Below, piece after piece: positions 25,262 through 35,231 of a DNA stretch of 62,441 nucleotides (positions are counted from its first letter, which is position 1; the number at the start of each line of letters is the position of its first letter). The translations under genes and the position numbers were made by a program. The stretch is from Bacilli bacterium. Its GTDB lineage: Bacteria; Bacillota_I; Bacilli_A; RFN20; CAG-826. The stretch is taken from the NCBI GenBank assembly GCA_036657515.1, contig JAVXGI010000004.1, positions 1 through 62,441 of the forward strand, given 5' to 3'. Under the pieces are notes generated by a model. It searched no databases. It was not told where the DNA came from and worked only from the letters and a program-made list of their open reading frames with translations.

Positions 25262-27973
25262 TTATTTTAATTCTTTTATTATTTTTAACCTTTTTATCTT
25301 GTGTTTTGCAACGATTATTGCGATAAACATAAGAACAACAGAGATAATAAAAGTTATAAATATAGGCTTAAAAAATATGCTTATTAATTGACCAGAAATT
25401 TTCATATTAAACACTGTTTCAGTAACTAAATAAATAGTAAAAAATGTCGATAAAAACGAAGGAATAATCGATATTGATATTAAAATAAAGGAATAGAAAA
25501 TAAGTAACAACGAAACTTGTTTTTTGCTACTTCCAAGACATAAAAGTGTTGCTAAATCTCTCTTTATATCGTTGAATATTGATATTAAAATCAAAATTAA
25601 TAAAATCGATGAAATAATAACAGAAAAAATTGAAAATAAAGTTATTCCTAATTGAATTTCAGCTATAGTTGATTCAATATTTTTGTTTATTTCTACCAAA
25701 GGGCATGTAGCTTTGAAGTCTTTGAAGCTATTTTCTATTATATTGATAGTATTATTAACATCACTGCTGTTTTTCAATATTATTGAGTTCGGAACAAGTT
25801 TTTCATAAGGAAAACCTATTTCATCTCTAAAAAACGAATATGTCCATAATGAATTTTGAATAATCTTCTCACCATCAGTATCTAATATTGTTCTTATTTT
25901 TAAACTTCCTAGAACAAGATCTTGGATAATGTTTCCATCTTTATCTATGTTTTCATTTTTACAGCATACATAAAAAAGTTCGTCGTCTATTTTAAGAGCT
26001 AAATTATTTGCCAATGTACGAGATATTGCAATTTCGTTATTCTTTAATTTAATATTTTTGGTCTCGATATTTATTCGTTTTGAATTATTCGACAAACCAT
26101 TTCCATAATATATATCTTTATCTTCTTGTAAAACATTTAAATCAGTTAGTTCGTCAAAATTATCGATTATATAATTGGCTTTATTTATACTATTAGTAAA
26201 TAAAAATTTAGAAACGAAACCATTTACAAAAGATACTTCAGATGCATAATATCCATAATTTGTTCCAATAATTAAATCGGACTCGTTATTATGTTTTAAT
26301 GCGGATAATATTTTTTTGAATTTATTTGAATTATCAGCATAATAAATCGCGTATTTATTAGTAATAGCAATTTCATTTTTTAAATAAGTTAATGGCATAT
26401 AACTTTCAGACATTTTATTCACATAAAAATTTGATAAAAATTCATCATATAAAAACAGATTTAAAAAATCAGTATATTCACCATTTAAGTTGAGAACTGC
26501 AGTCTTTTTTAAAACCCATGGTTTATTTTGGTTATCGTAATATAGTGTTGATGGCAATTTCATATCGGTTTCAAACACATCTAAATTAAAAGTGGCATTT
26601 GTATGATAGATAAAATTAATATTTTCGGGAATAAAACCAACTAATCTATATAAAGATTCGTTGTTATAACCCCACAAAAAATTTGTAGCACTAAAAGAGA
26701 TATTCAATTGATTATTTAATATAAATTCATATAAAGATTCATACGTTCTTTTAATGTTTAAAAATAGACAAATTGAAGCCATTTTACTTTCGCTTATACT
26801 TAACACTATTTCATCATTTTCAAGAACTTTTTTAAAAATGTATTTGTGTTCTTCTTTTTTTGTTAAAAGTTTATATTCATTAAAGCTTCTTGCGGAGAAA
26901 TTTTGTATAGTTTGATATTTATTGTTAAACGAAACAACTAACGATGATTCATCAAAAAATGTCTCAAAGTTATTTTCATATATATAATTTATTTTTGATA
27001 TATATTGAGGATATTTATTTTTGATTTGATTGAGTTGAAATTCATCCAATGAATTTCGATTAATTTTGATATCATTTGCTTTCTTTTCTCGAATTAATAT
27101 ATCATTTTTTGAAAAATATTGTCCAAATGAGGATTTAATACAAGAATTCACACTTTCACTTAATGAGAAAATGAGCGTTGCTGAAACAAAACTTAAAGTA
27201 ATTGAAATAATCGAAAATAAGTTTCGCCATCTTTTCGATTTGAAGATTAAAAAGGTATATTTAAAAAGTTTTGTTAATTTAAATTTTATCTTTTCTTTTT
27301 CCTTTTCGGGTCTATAAATTTTCGTTTTAATTTTGCGAAGAAACTTTTTTTCTTCTAAATCAAAAATAGAATCACTGTATTCGTTGCATATATTTTTATC
27401 ATGAGTTACTAAAACAACAATTTTATTTAAACTTAATTTTTTAATTATATCCATAATAATTTTTGAATTTTCATCATCAAGATTGCCTGTCGGCTCATCA
27501 AAAATATAAATATCATAATCATTTAGAATGGCTTTGCAAATAGCCACTCTTTGTTTTTCTCCACCAGATAAATTTTTAATCTCAGTTTTAAGACATTTTA
27601 TAATATCCATTGATTTAAAAAGTATTTTTTGAGCATTTTTATCTTGATATTTTGCGCTATAATTTGTTAATTCTAGAAAATCCTTAACTCTAAAATTGTC
27701 TAACAATTTTGGAAACTGATGAAGATATGCAATGTTTTTCGTTCTTAAATTGCACAGGTCATCATTAGATAATTTTTTCAAATTGTTTTCTCCAACTGTA
27801 ACTTCTCCAAAAAAATCATTATCAAGACCGGAAATAATATTAAGAAGAGTTGTCTTTCCACAACCTGATGGACCAATTATCGTTGTTATTCCGCATTCCC
27901 TTATTTCCAAATTTAAATCACTTAAAATTACATTATTTTTATATTTCTTCGTTAATTTTTTAATTCTAATCAT
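25262..27973 (-). CDS. Fused ABC ATPase / FtsX-type permease (MacB architecture) with a very large extracytoplasmic domain
   Basis: 903 aa. Walker A GPSGCGKTT, signature LSGGEKQRVAI, Walker B IYIFDEPTGNLD. TM1 is near residue 255, followed by a roughly 500-aa hydrophilic region and three C-terminal TMs with an FtsX-like loop (LLCLGSSKKQV). Confidence 0.8.
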   Translation of the reverse strand: MIRIKKLTKKYKNNVILSDLNLEIRECGITTIIGPSGCGKTTLLNIISGLDNDFFGEVTVGENNLKKLSNDDLCNLRTKNIAYLHQFPKLLDNFRVKDFLELTNYSAKYQDKNAQKILFKSMDIIKCLKTEIKNLSGGEKQRVAICKAILNDYDIYIFDEPTGNLDDENSKIIMDIIKKLSLNKIVVLVTHDKNICNEYSDSIFDLEEKKFLRKIKTKIYRPEKEKEKIKFKLTKLFKYTFLIFKSKRWRNLFSIISITLSFVSATLIFSLSESVNSCIKSSFGQYFSKNDILIREKKANDIKINRNSLDEFQLNQIKNKYPQYISKINYIYENNFETFFDESSLVVSFNNKYQTIQNFSARSFNEYKLLTKKEEHKYIFKKVLENDEIVLSISESKMASICLFLNIKRTYESLYEFILNNQLNISFSATNFLWGYNNESLYRLVGFIPENINFIYHTNATFNLDVFETDMKLPSTLYYDNQNKPWVLKKTAVLNLNGEYTDFLNLFLYDEFLSNFYVNKMSESYMPLTYLKNEIAITNKYAIYYADNSNKFKKILSALKHNNESDLIIGTNYGYYASEVSFVNGFVSKFLFTNSINKANYIIDNFDELTDLNVLQEDKDIYYGNGLSNNSKRINIETKNIKLKNNEIAISRTLANNLALKIDDELFYVCCKNENIDKDGNIIQDLVLGSLKIRTILDTDGEKIIQNSLWTYSFFRDEIGFPYEKLVPNSIILKNSSDVNNTINIIENSFKDFKATCPLVEINKNIESTIAEIQLGITLFSIFSVIISSILLILILISIFNDIKRDLATLLCLGSSKKQVSLLLIFYSFILISISIIPSFLSTFFTIYLVTETVFNMKISGQLISIFFKPIFITFIISVVLMFIAIIVAKHKIKRLKIIKELK

Positions 27974-29919
27974 TGTGATCTTAACTCCATAAAATAATCA
28001 CTTTTAAAATTACGATAATTTAAAAATGTAATTGCGCTAACCGCTAAAATACCTTCAATAATGAAAAATGAAATGCTTATTATGATTGTAAATTTGTTAA
28101 TAATCGTAAAATTATATAAATAGTTAACTATAAAATCAAAAACATAAAACAATATAAAATAGATTATGGTGCAAAGACTAATAAGTATTAAGAAAAGCGT
28201 TCGATTATTTTTCAATATTTGCTTTTTATTTTGTCCTAAGCACAATCTTATAATGTCATTTCTTCTTTCTACTAATAATACTGAATTCACACAAAACGAA
28301 ATAATAAATACCCATCCAATTAATGAACTAAGTAAGAAAATATTAATAAAAATATTAATTAATGAATATTGAGAATTTATAGCATTTACAACTTCTAATG
28401 CATTGTTTTTGAACATAAATTTTCCGGTATCACCAACGCCTTTAAAGTGATTAAAAGATTTTGAATCAATCGAAAATAATGAAAGTCCATATCCTGACAT
28501 TAAATTGTCTTTTTTTAGGCTATAAAAATAATCATACCAAGAAATAATCTGATCATTATTTTCGATGATATTGCTCATGTCTTTTTCTTTTAATAGATTA
28601 ATAATTTTATTAAAAGGAACATATATTTTCGGAAAGGAGAGCAATATTTCTTCATCACTTATTTTCACTTCATCAAAATTTAATATAAATGTTAGTTCTT
28701 CGTACTCCATTACAGATTTAACTTCAAATGATTGGGAATAATCACATCTAATTTCTAATTTTGATGTTTTAAATTGATCTACAAACATCTTATTAACGTA
28801 AATGTTACTGGTTTCAAGATCGAAATATGGTTCAATAACGCAATTAGTTATTTTTTCATTACTAACAAAAATACTCATATATGAAATAAGTGGTTCTAAA
28901 TTTATATCAATATGATAATTGAAATCTTTATATTTATCATTAACTTCATCAACATTCGGTTTTAGAAGTTTGGTAAAAGATAGACCTTTATTTTCTTTAG
29001 TTGTTGATATTTTTTCAGAAATCACAAAATAATTGTAATTTTTATATTTATACAAAGATTTTGTGACAAAATCTGTATTTTTTTGACTAATAAGCATCGA
29101 AATAATCATTAAAATAATCGGGATCATACTAGAAATTACAAATAAGATATTTTGAAGCATAAAATGCTTAAAGAAATATCTTATTTTGTCTTTATCTATA
29201 AACAATTTATTCTTTTTACTAATAATTGAGGTTGTTTTTTCTTCAATTAATAAAGGTGTGTTGCAACTTTCAACTATTCCACCGTTTATTTTTACATTCC
29301 CGCTTAGAAACTCAGTAAATATTTCTTCCTCATGTGTTGCAACAAGTACCAATTTTTCTTTTGATATTTCACTTAATATCAGTGCTATTTCACTTTTATT
29401 TCTTTTATCTAAATTACCTGTTGGTTCATCGCATATTAAAATATCTGGATTTTTTATGAGTGCTCTTATTATTGCAACACGTTGAGCTTCTCCTCCACTT
29501 AGTTCATCACACTGAACATTTTCTTTTTCTTCTAATCCAAATCTTTTTAATAATTCTTTTGCCTTTCCAATTGCATCTTTACTTTTTATTCCAATATTAA
29601 GAAGAGGCAATATACAATTATAAATAACTGTATATTTTTTTAATAAATTAAAATCTTGAAAGACATACGCTACATGATTAGATAAATATTCATTTCTATT
29701 CTTATTATTTATTTTGTTTCCACCAAAGATTATATTTCCTTCAAACTTTGTATCAATTCCTCCTATTATATTTAAAAGAGTTGATTTTCCAGAACCGGAT
29801 TTTCCAACAATAGTGAAAAATCCGGTCGATGAAAATGACAAATTAATATTACTTAACAAAATTAATTCTTTTTTATTTAGATATACTGACTTTTTTTCGA
29901 TATTTATTTCTAAAAACAT
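27970..29919 (-). CDS. Fused ABC ATPase / FtsX-type permease (MacB architecture), partner of 25262-27973
   Basis: 649 aa. GKSGSGKSTLLN, LSGGEAQRVAI, ILICDEPTGNLD. One TM, a roughly 240-aa external region, three C-terminal TMs (RLCLGQNKKQI loop). Its stop overlaps the next start (ATGA). Confidence 0.8.
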   Translation of the reverse strand: MFLEINIEKKSVYLNKKELILLSNINLSFSSTGFFTIVGKSGSGKSTLLNIIGGIDTKFEGNIIFGGNKINNKNRNEYLSNHVAYVFQDFNLLKKYTVIYNCILPLLNIGIKSKDAIGKAKELLKRFGLEEKENVQCDELSGGEAQRVAIIRALIKNPDILICDEPTGNLDKRNKSEIALILSEISKEKLVLVATHEEEIFTEFLSGNVKINGGIVESCNTPLLIEEKTTSIISKKNKLFIDKDKIRYFFKHFMLQNILFVISSMIPIILMIISMLISQKNTDFVTKSLYKYKNYNYFVISEKISTTKENKGLSFTKLLKPNVDEVNDKYKDFNYHIDINLEPLISYMSIFVSNEKITNCVIEPYFDLETSNIYVNKMFVDQFKTSKLEIRCDYSQSFEVKSVMEYEELTFILNFDEVKISDEEILLSFPKIYVPFNKIINLLKEKDMSNIIENNDQIISWYDYFYSLKKDNLMSGYGLSLFSIDSKSFNHFKGVGDTGKFMFKNNALEVVNAINSQYSLINIFINIFLLSSLIGWVFIISFCVNSVLLVERRNDIIRLCLGQNKKQILKNNRTLFLILISLCTIIYFILFYVFDFIVNYLYNFTIINKFTIIISISFFIIEGILAVSAITFLNYRNFKSDYFMELRSQ

Positions 29920-29921
29920 AA

Positions 29922-29944
29922 AACCTCACTATTTAAGTGAGGTT
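29922..29944 (-). promoter_or_regulatory. 9-bp hairpin spanning the DUF951 stop codon and sequestering the SD of the first ABC gene
   Basis: Minus strand reads AACCTCACT-TAAAT-AGTGAGGTT followed by TT-ATG (29919) and TTTTT. GAGG of the 3' arm is the only SD-like element for the ABC gene. Confidence 0.5.
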
Positions 29945-30168
29945 GAATTTGGATTTTTAGTAATAAATTTGTTGTTTTCTTCAAAAGGAATAACTTTTCT
30001 TAATTTTTGGTCAAATACATCGCGTGGAAGCATTATTACATTGCCACAGGCGAGACATTTAATTTTAATGTCAGCTCCCATTCTTACGATTTGAAATTTT
30101 TTATTTTCATGTCCACAAGGATGAGGCTTTTTCATCTCGACACAATCGTATAAATTATAGTTGCTCAT
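29929..30168 (-). CDS. DUF951-family small zinc-ribbon-like protein
   Basis: 79 aa. KKPHPCG...QIVRMGADIKIKCLACGNVIMLPR matches the DUF951 pattern as I recall it. Confidence 0.65.
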   Translation of the reverse strand: MSNYNLYDCVEMKKPHPCGHENKKFQIVRMGADIKIKCLACGNVIMLPRDVFDQKLRKVIPFEENNKFITKNPNSTSLK

Positions 30169-31771
30169 CTTCGCTTTCCATCATGACAGCTTGAGGCATT
30201 TTAGGAAGCCCCGGCATTGTTAATATGTTTCCTAAGTAAGCAACAATAAATCCTGCTCCATTATTAAGATTAATGTCTTTTACTAATATATCATAATCAC
30301 TTGGAGTATTAAGAAGTTTAGGATTATCTGAAAAAGACATAGGGGTTTTAGCAATGCAAATTGGTAAATTTGCTTTGTTTATTTTTTCATAATTTTTAAT
30401 CTTTTCTTCGACTTCTATAGTATAGTTTATATTCTTTGCACGATAAATATCCCTGCAGATCTTCTCTATTTTTTCTTTAATTGGTAAATCTAATTCATAA
30501 AGTGGATGGAAATGTGATTCTTTAGTATTAAGAACTTTTGCTACTTTATTTGCTAAATCAACTGCTCCTTCTGGTCCTTCTAAATAAGCATCAAGGAAAG
30601 ATATTTCACAATTATTTTTGCGACACCAATCATTTAAGAATTTTATTTCTTCTGCTGAATCACTAGCAAAATGATTTATAGCAACAACAAGAGGAACTTC
30701 AAACTTCTTTAAATTTTCTATATGTTGATTAAGGTTTTTTATACCTATTTTAAGTGCATCAATATTTTCTTTGTTTAAATCTTCGTAAGCTACTCCGCCA
30801 TGAAGTTTTAAAGCGCGAATAGTTGCAACAAGAACAACAGCATCAGGTTGTAAATTGCCAACACGACATTTTATATCAAAGAATTTTTCTGCACCCAAAT
30901 CTGCACCAAATCCTGCTTCTGTTACAACTACATCCGATAATTTAAGAGCCATCTTTGTCGCAATTAATGAATTGCAACCATGTGCAATATTTGCAAATGG
31001 TCCGCCATGAACGATGCATGGATTTCCATAAAGTGTTTGCACAAGGTTTGGAGATAAGGCATCGTTCATGAGTTTCATAATTGCGTTAACAATTTTTAAA
31101 TCTTTTACATAAATTGGTTTATCTTCATACGTATAAGCAACAATCATTTCTCCAACTCTATGCTTAAAATCAGCACGAGAAGTAGCTAAACAAAGAACTG
31201 CCATTAATTCACTTGCAACAGTAATTTGAAAGCTGTCTTTTCTTTCTACACCATTCTTTTCACCAAGGCCAATAACTATTTCACGAAGTGCTCTGTCATT
31301 CATATCAAGTGAACGTTTCCATACTATCTTTGTTGGATCGATATTGAGTTCGTTGCCTTGAAATAAATGATTGTCGATAATTGCACTGATTAAATTAATT
31401 GACGATGTTAGCGCATGCATATCGCCGTTAAAGTGAAGATTAATATCTTCTGATGGAACGATAATTGATTTACCACCACCAATAGCCCCACCCTTAAGTC
31501 CAAATACCGGGCCAAGAGAAGGTTCACGTAAAACAACGGTTGCTTTTATACCGATTTTACGTAGTCCATTAACTAATCCAATTGAAGAAGTTGTTTTTCC
31601 TTCTCCGGCTTTTGTCGGCGTAATTGCCGTCATTAAAACAAGTTTTCCTGTTGGATTATTTTTTATTTCATCATAATATTCTAATGGAATTTTAGCTTTA
31701 TAACTTCCATATTTAAATAATATGTTTTCTTGTATACCTAAAAGGCTTGCTACTTTTTCTATCTTATCCAT
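30155..31771 (-). CDS. fhs: Formate--tetrahydrofolate ligase
   Basis: 538 aa. TPTKAGEGKTT P-loop and HGGPFANIAHG. Confidence 0.95.
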   Translation of the reverse strand: MDKIEKVASLLGIQENILFKYGSYKAKIPLEYYDEIKNNPTGKLVLMTAITPTKAGEGKTTSSIGLVNGLRKIGIKATVVLREPSLGPVFGLKGGAIGGGKSIIVPSEDINLHFNGDMHALTSSINLISAIIDNHLFQGNELNIDPTKIVWKRSLDMNDRALREIVIGLGEKNGVERKDSFQITVASELMAVLCLATSRADFKHRVGEMIVAYTYEDKPIYVKDLKIVNAIMKLMNDALSPNLVQTLYGNPCIVHGGPFANIAHGCNSLIATKMALKLSDVVVTEAGFGADLGAEKFFDIKCRVGNLQPDAVVLVATIRALKLHGGVAYEDLNKENIDALKIGIKNLNQHIENLKKFEVPLVVAINHFASDSAEEIKFLNDWCRKNNCEISFLDAYLEGPEGAVDLANKVAKVLNTKESHFHPLYELDLPIKEKIEKICRDIYRAKNINYTIEVEEKIKNYEKINKANLPICIAKTPMSFSDNPKLLNTPSDYDILVKDINLNNGAGFIVAYLGNILTMPGLPKMPQAVMMESEDEQL

Positions 31772-31837
31772 ATTATTCTCCTTCGCTACTAATCTATTTT
31801 ATTATTAAAAAAGCAATAATAAAAGATAAAAATGCTT

Positions 31838-32707
31838 TTATTGATTTATACAAAAGGAATATGCTTCATCAATTGAAGAAAACCATTTTATTTCTTCGAA
31901 TTGATTTTTAAAAAATGTCATCTGACGTTTTGCATAATTGCGACTAAATTGTTTAATTTTATCTTTTACTTCTTCTTCGTTATATTTAGCAAATTCTTTA
32001 TAACCAATTGCTTGCAGAGCTTGAGTATCAGGACCGAATTCTTTTAATAAATCCTTTGCTTCTTTTTCCAAACCCAAAGAAAACATTTCTTCAACTCTAT
32101 CATTTATTTTCTTGTAAAGATTTTCTCTATTTATATCAAGTCCAATAAACGTTGCATCTTTATAAAGACATACATGTTTTTGTTTTTCTTCAAACTCACT
32201 CTTTTTTCCTGTTCCAGAAAGACTAATTTCAAGTGCACGCATGACTCTTTTACGATTGTTTTCGTGCAATTTCACTGCAGAACCCTCATCAATTTTTTGA
32301 AGATGCATATAAAGTTCATGATTGCTCATCTTTTCAAAAGCCTCTGGAAGTTTAACAAACTGTTCATCTTCAACAAATTGATAGTCATAAAATGAAGATT
32401 TTATGTAAAGTCCTGAGCCTCCGACAACAACTATATTTTTATTTGTTTTAAGTAAATTATCTATTGTCGTTCTAAAAATTTTTTGAAAATCAAAAATAGA
32501 CATAGATGAAGAAGCACTGATTAAATTATATAAGTAATAGTTGCCTTCTTTTAATTCATCGCTTGTTGGTTTTGCCGTTCCTATATTTAATTCTTTATAT
32601 ATTTGAAATGAGTCGCAATTAATTACAGGGCAATCAAAATATTTCTTTAGTTTATAAGCTAAAGTAGATTTTCCGCTTGCAGTTGGTCCACAAATTACAT
32701 AAATCAT
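31838..32707 (-). CDS. miaA: tRNA dimethylallyltransferase
   Basis: GPTASGKS P-loop, GTAKPT and VVGGSGLY motifs. Confidence 0.9.
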   Translation of the reverse strand: MIYVICGPTASGKSTLAYKLKKYFDCPVINCDSFQIYKELNIGTAKPTSDELKEGNYYLYNLISASSSMSIFDFQKIFRTTIDNLLKTNKNIVVVGGSGLYIKSSFYDYQFVEDEQFVKLPEAFEKMSNHELYMHLQKIDEGSAVKLHENNRKRVMRALEISLSGTGKKSEFEEKQKHVCLYKDATFIGLDINRENLYKKINDRVEEMFSLGLEKEAKDLLKEFGPDTQALQAIGYKEFAKYNEEEVKDKIKQFSRNYAKRQMTFFKNQFEEIKWFSSIDEAYSFCINQ

Positions 32708-33036
32708 ATTTGAATAATATCCTTTATTTCAGAAATTAGATCCTTCACCTGTTCTTTAATCATAGAAAAATTAACAATTAAAGGATTAGAATTGTATTTT
32801 TCCTTTAAATAATTATAAGTTGCTAATTCTTTTTCGTAATCTTCTTTTGAAGACGAAGATGGCACTAAATTTTTCTTACTGAATTCAATTTCTTTTGCTA
32901 AATCATTGAGTTCCTTATTATTTTTAATCGTATTTGCAAGTCTAAAATATTCTTTAATGAGAGGCTCGTTATAAAGATGTTCTTTAATATCATCAATTTC
33001 TTTAAAGAGTTCTTCTTTATTCATCAATTTCTCCAA
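32704..33036 (-). CDS. YmcA/YlbF-family (RicA-like) protein
   Basis: 110 aa, helical. It has the pattern and the position directly downstream of miaB that ymcA has in Bacillus. The call rests on synteny plus weak sequence pattern (NPLIVNF...DLISEI). Confidence 0.5.
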   Translation of the reverse strand: MEKLMNKEELFKEIDDIKEHLYNEPLIKEYFRLANTIKNNKELNDLAKEIEFSKKNLVPSSSSKEDYEKELATYNYLKEKYNSNPLIVNFSMIKEQVKDLISEIKDIIQI

Positions 33037-34453
33037 TTAAATGATAACCATGAGATTCCGTAATCCTAATATGAACAACTTTCCCGATTACATCTGCTCC
33101 ACCTTTAAAATTAACAAGTTTTCCTTGCTCAGTATAACCTGAAAGAAATTCATCGTTCTTTTTAGAAACATCATCTACTAAAACTTTATAGGTTTCCCCA
33201 ACCATGAGTTTAGCTTTTGCATCAACAATTTCATTAAGTTCATCAGTGAGCATTTTAAAACGTTTAATTTTCTCTTCATAACTTACATTGTCGATCATTT
33301 TAGCAGCAGGGGTTCCTTGACGTGGACTATAAATAAATGTGAATCCAAAATCATATTTAACCTCTTTTACAAGAGATAATGTATCTAAAAATTGATCGTA
33401 TGTCTCGTTTGGAAAACCGACGATAATATCAGTAGAAATCGCAACATCAGGAATTCTATCTCTTAATTTTTTAATAAGATTAAGATATTTTTCACGATCA
33501 TATCTTCTATTCATAAGACGTAATATTTCACTATTTCCACTTTGAACAGGTAGATGAATATATTTCATGATATTGTCATATTTTGCAATAACATCAAACA
33601 TATTTTCATCAAAATCCCAAGGATGAGAAGTTGTAAATCTTAAACGTTCGATTCCGGTTTTTGCAGCATCTTCGAGTAAATTAGCAAAATTATAATCCTC
33701 ATATAAATCTTTTCCATAAGAGTTAACATTTTGACCTAATAAGGTAATTTCGATATATCCTTCGCTAATAAGTTCATTCATTTCAGCTAAAATATCTTCT
33801 TTTTTTCTCGATCTTTCAATTCCACGTGTATAAGGAACTATGCAATATGTACAGAACTTATTACAACCGTACATTATATTTACAAATGCACGATGTTTAT
33901 CAGATCTTTTGCTACAAGTTATTTCATGAACATCTCCAACAATGGAATGAACACTAATTATACGATGACGAGTTTGAAGCACTTCTTCTAAAAGAGAATA
34001 GAAATTAAATATATCATGGGTACCAAAAATAAGATCAATTTGATTATATGTTTCAATCATTTGATTAACAATATGACTTTGTTCAACCATACAGCCACAA
34101 ACAGCAATAATTAAATCTTTATTTTTTTCTTTGATTTTTTTTAGATTGCCAATTTCTCCAAACACCTTATCTTCGGCATTTTCGCGAACTGCACATGTAT
34201 TAATTAGAATAACATCAGCTTCTGTTACTTCTGTTGTTTCTACCATATTAAGATTACTAAGAAGACCCGATAGCGTTTCGCTATCGCGTACGTTGGCTTG
34301 GCAGCCATACGTTCTAATAAAATATTTCTTGTTACAAAGCGCATTTAAAATATATGCATTTGGCATAATATTATCATATATAATTTCTGGTTTCTTATTT
34401 CTTAATCTAGCTTCAGCTAAATCAGGTAATGATTTAATCTGCGTTCTTCCCAT
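33017..34453 (-). CDS. miaB: tRNA-i6A37 methylthiotransferase
   Basis: UPF0004 domain YGCQANVRDSE, radical SAM CNKFCTYC, C-terminal TRAM domain. ATG at 34453 is preferred over the track TTG at 34462. Confidence 0.95.
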   Translation of the reverse strand: MGRTQIKSLPDLAEARLRNKKPEIIYDNIMPNAYILNALCNKKYFIRTYGCQANVRDSETLSGLLSNLNMVETTEVTEADVILINTCAVRENAEDKVFGEIGNLKKIKEKNKDLIIAVCGCMVEQSHIVNQMIETYNQIDLIFGTHDIFNFYSLLEEVLQTRHRIISVHSIVGDVHEITCSKRSDKHRAFVNIMYGCNKFCTYCIVPYTRGIERSRKKEDILAEMNELISEGYIEITLLGQNVNSYGKDLYEDYNFANLLEDAAKTGIERLRFTTSHPWDFDENMFDVIAKYDNIMKYIHLPVQSGNSEILRLMNRRYDREKYLNLIKKLRDRIPDVAISTDIIVGFPNETYDQFLDTLSLVKEVKYDFGFTFIYSPRQGTPAAKMIDNVSYEEKIKRFKMLTDELNEIVDAKAKLMVGETYKVLVDDVSKKNDEFLSGYTEQGKLVNFKGGADVIGKVVHIRITESHGYHLIGEIDE

Positions 34454-35228
34454 GTGTTTCAATCCTTATCTTCTCGATCTTTTTTGTCTTGCCATCTTTA
34501 TTATTTATTTCTAAAAATACAGCATTAAAAATATAATCACCAGTATCATCTAATTTAAATTTCTTGGTCGAGCCAAGAAGGGTTTTATTGATGACACTAT
34601 TTTTTTCAAATCCAAGAACGCCTAATTCGGCTCCACACATTCCAACGTCGGCAATAAAACCCGTTCCGCCTGGAAGGATTTTTTCGTCATTAGTTTGTAC
34701 GTGAGTATGCGTTCCTAAAATAGCAGATACTTTACCATCGAATGCATAGCTAATAGCTTGTTTTTCACCTGTTGTTTCACCATGAAAATCAATAATATGA
34801 ATTTGTTCTTTTGAACTATTCACTATTTCATTAATTGATTCATAAGCTGGTTTTAATTCCATGTTTATAAAAGCATTACCAATTATATTAGTAACTCTAA
34901 CTGAAACACCATTAACATTAAAAACTTTTGTTCCAACACCAGGAAAAGCAATTGCTAAATTATATGGTCTAATAAGTTTAGGAGCACTATCAATATATTG
35001 TTCCATTTCTTTTTGAGTATCATAATGGTTTCCAAGTGTAATTATATCAATTCCAAGTGAAAGTAAATATTCATAATGCTTTTTGCTAAGACCTTTTCCA
35101 TGTGTTGCATTCTCGCCGTTTGCAATAACGAGATCTGCAGCATATCTATTTTTTAAAATAGGTAAAACATCATAAACTGCTTTCCTACCAATTTTACCAA
35201 CAATGTCGCCAATAAAAATTATTTTCAT
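34434..35228 (-). CDS. ymdB: 2',3'-cyclic-nucleotide 2'-phosphodiesterase YmdB (TIGR00282 metallophosphoesterase)
   Basis: MKIIFIGDIVG, GENATHGKG, LGNHYD and GTHTHVQT motifs. It lies downstream of rny as in Bacillus. Confidence 0.9.
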   Translation of the reverse strand: MKIIFIGDIVGKIGRKAVYDVLPILKNRYAADLVIANGENATHGKGLSKKHYEYLLSLGIDIITLGNHYDTQKEMEQYIDSAPKLIRPYNLAIAFPGVGTKVFNVNGVSVRVTNIIGNAFINMELKPAYESINEIVNSSKEQIHIIDFHGETTGEKQAISYAFDGKVSAILGTHTHVQTNDEKILPGGTGFIADVGMCGAELGVLGFEKNSVINKTLLGSTKKFKLDDTGDYIFNAVFLEINNKDGKTKKIEKIRIETHGKNAD

Positions 35229-35231
35229 CTT

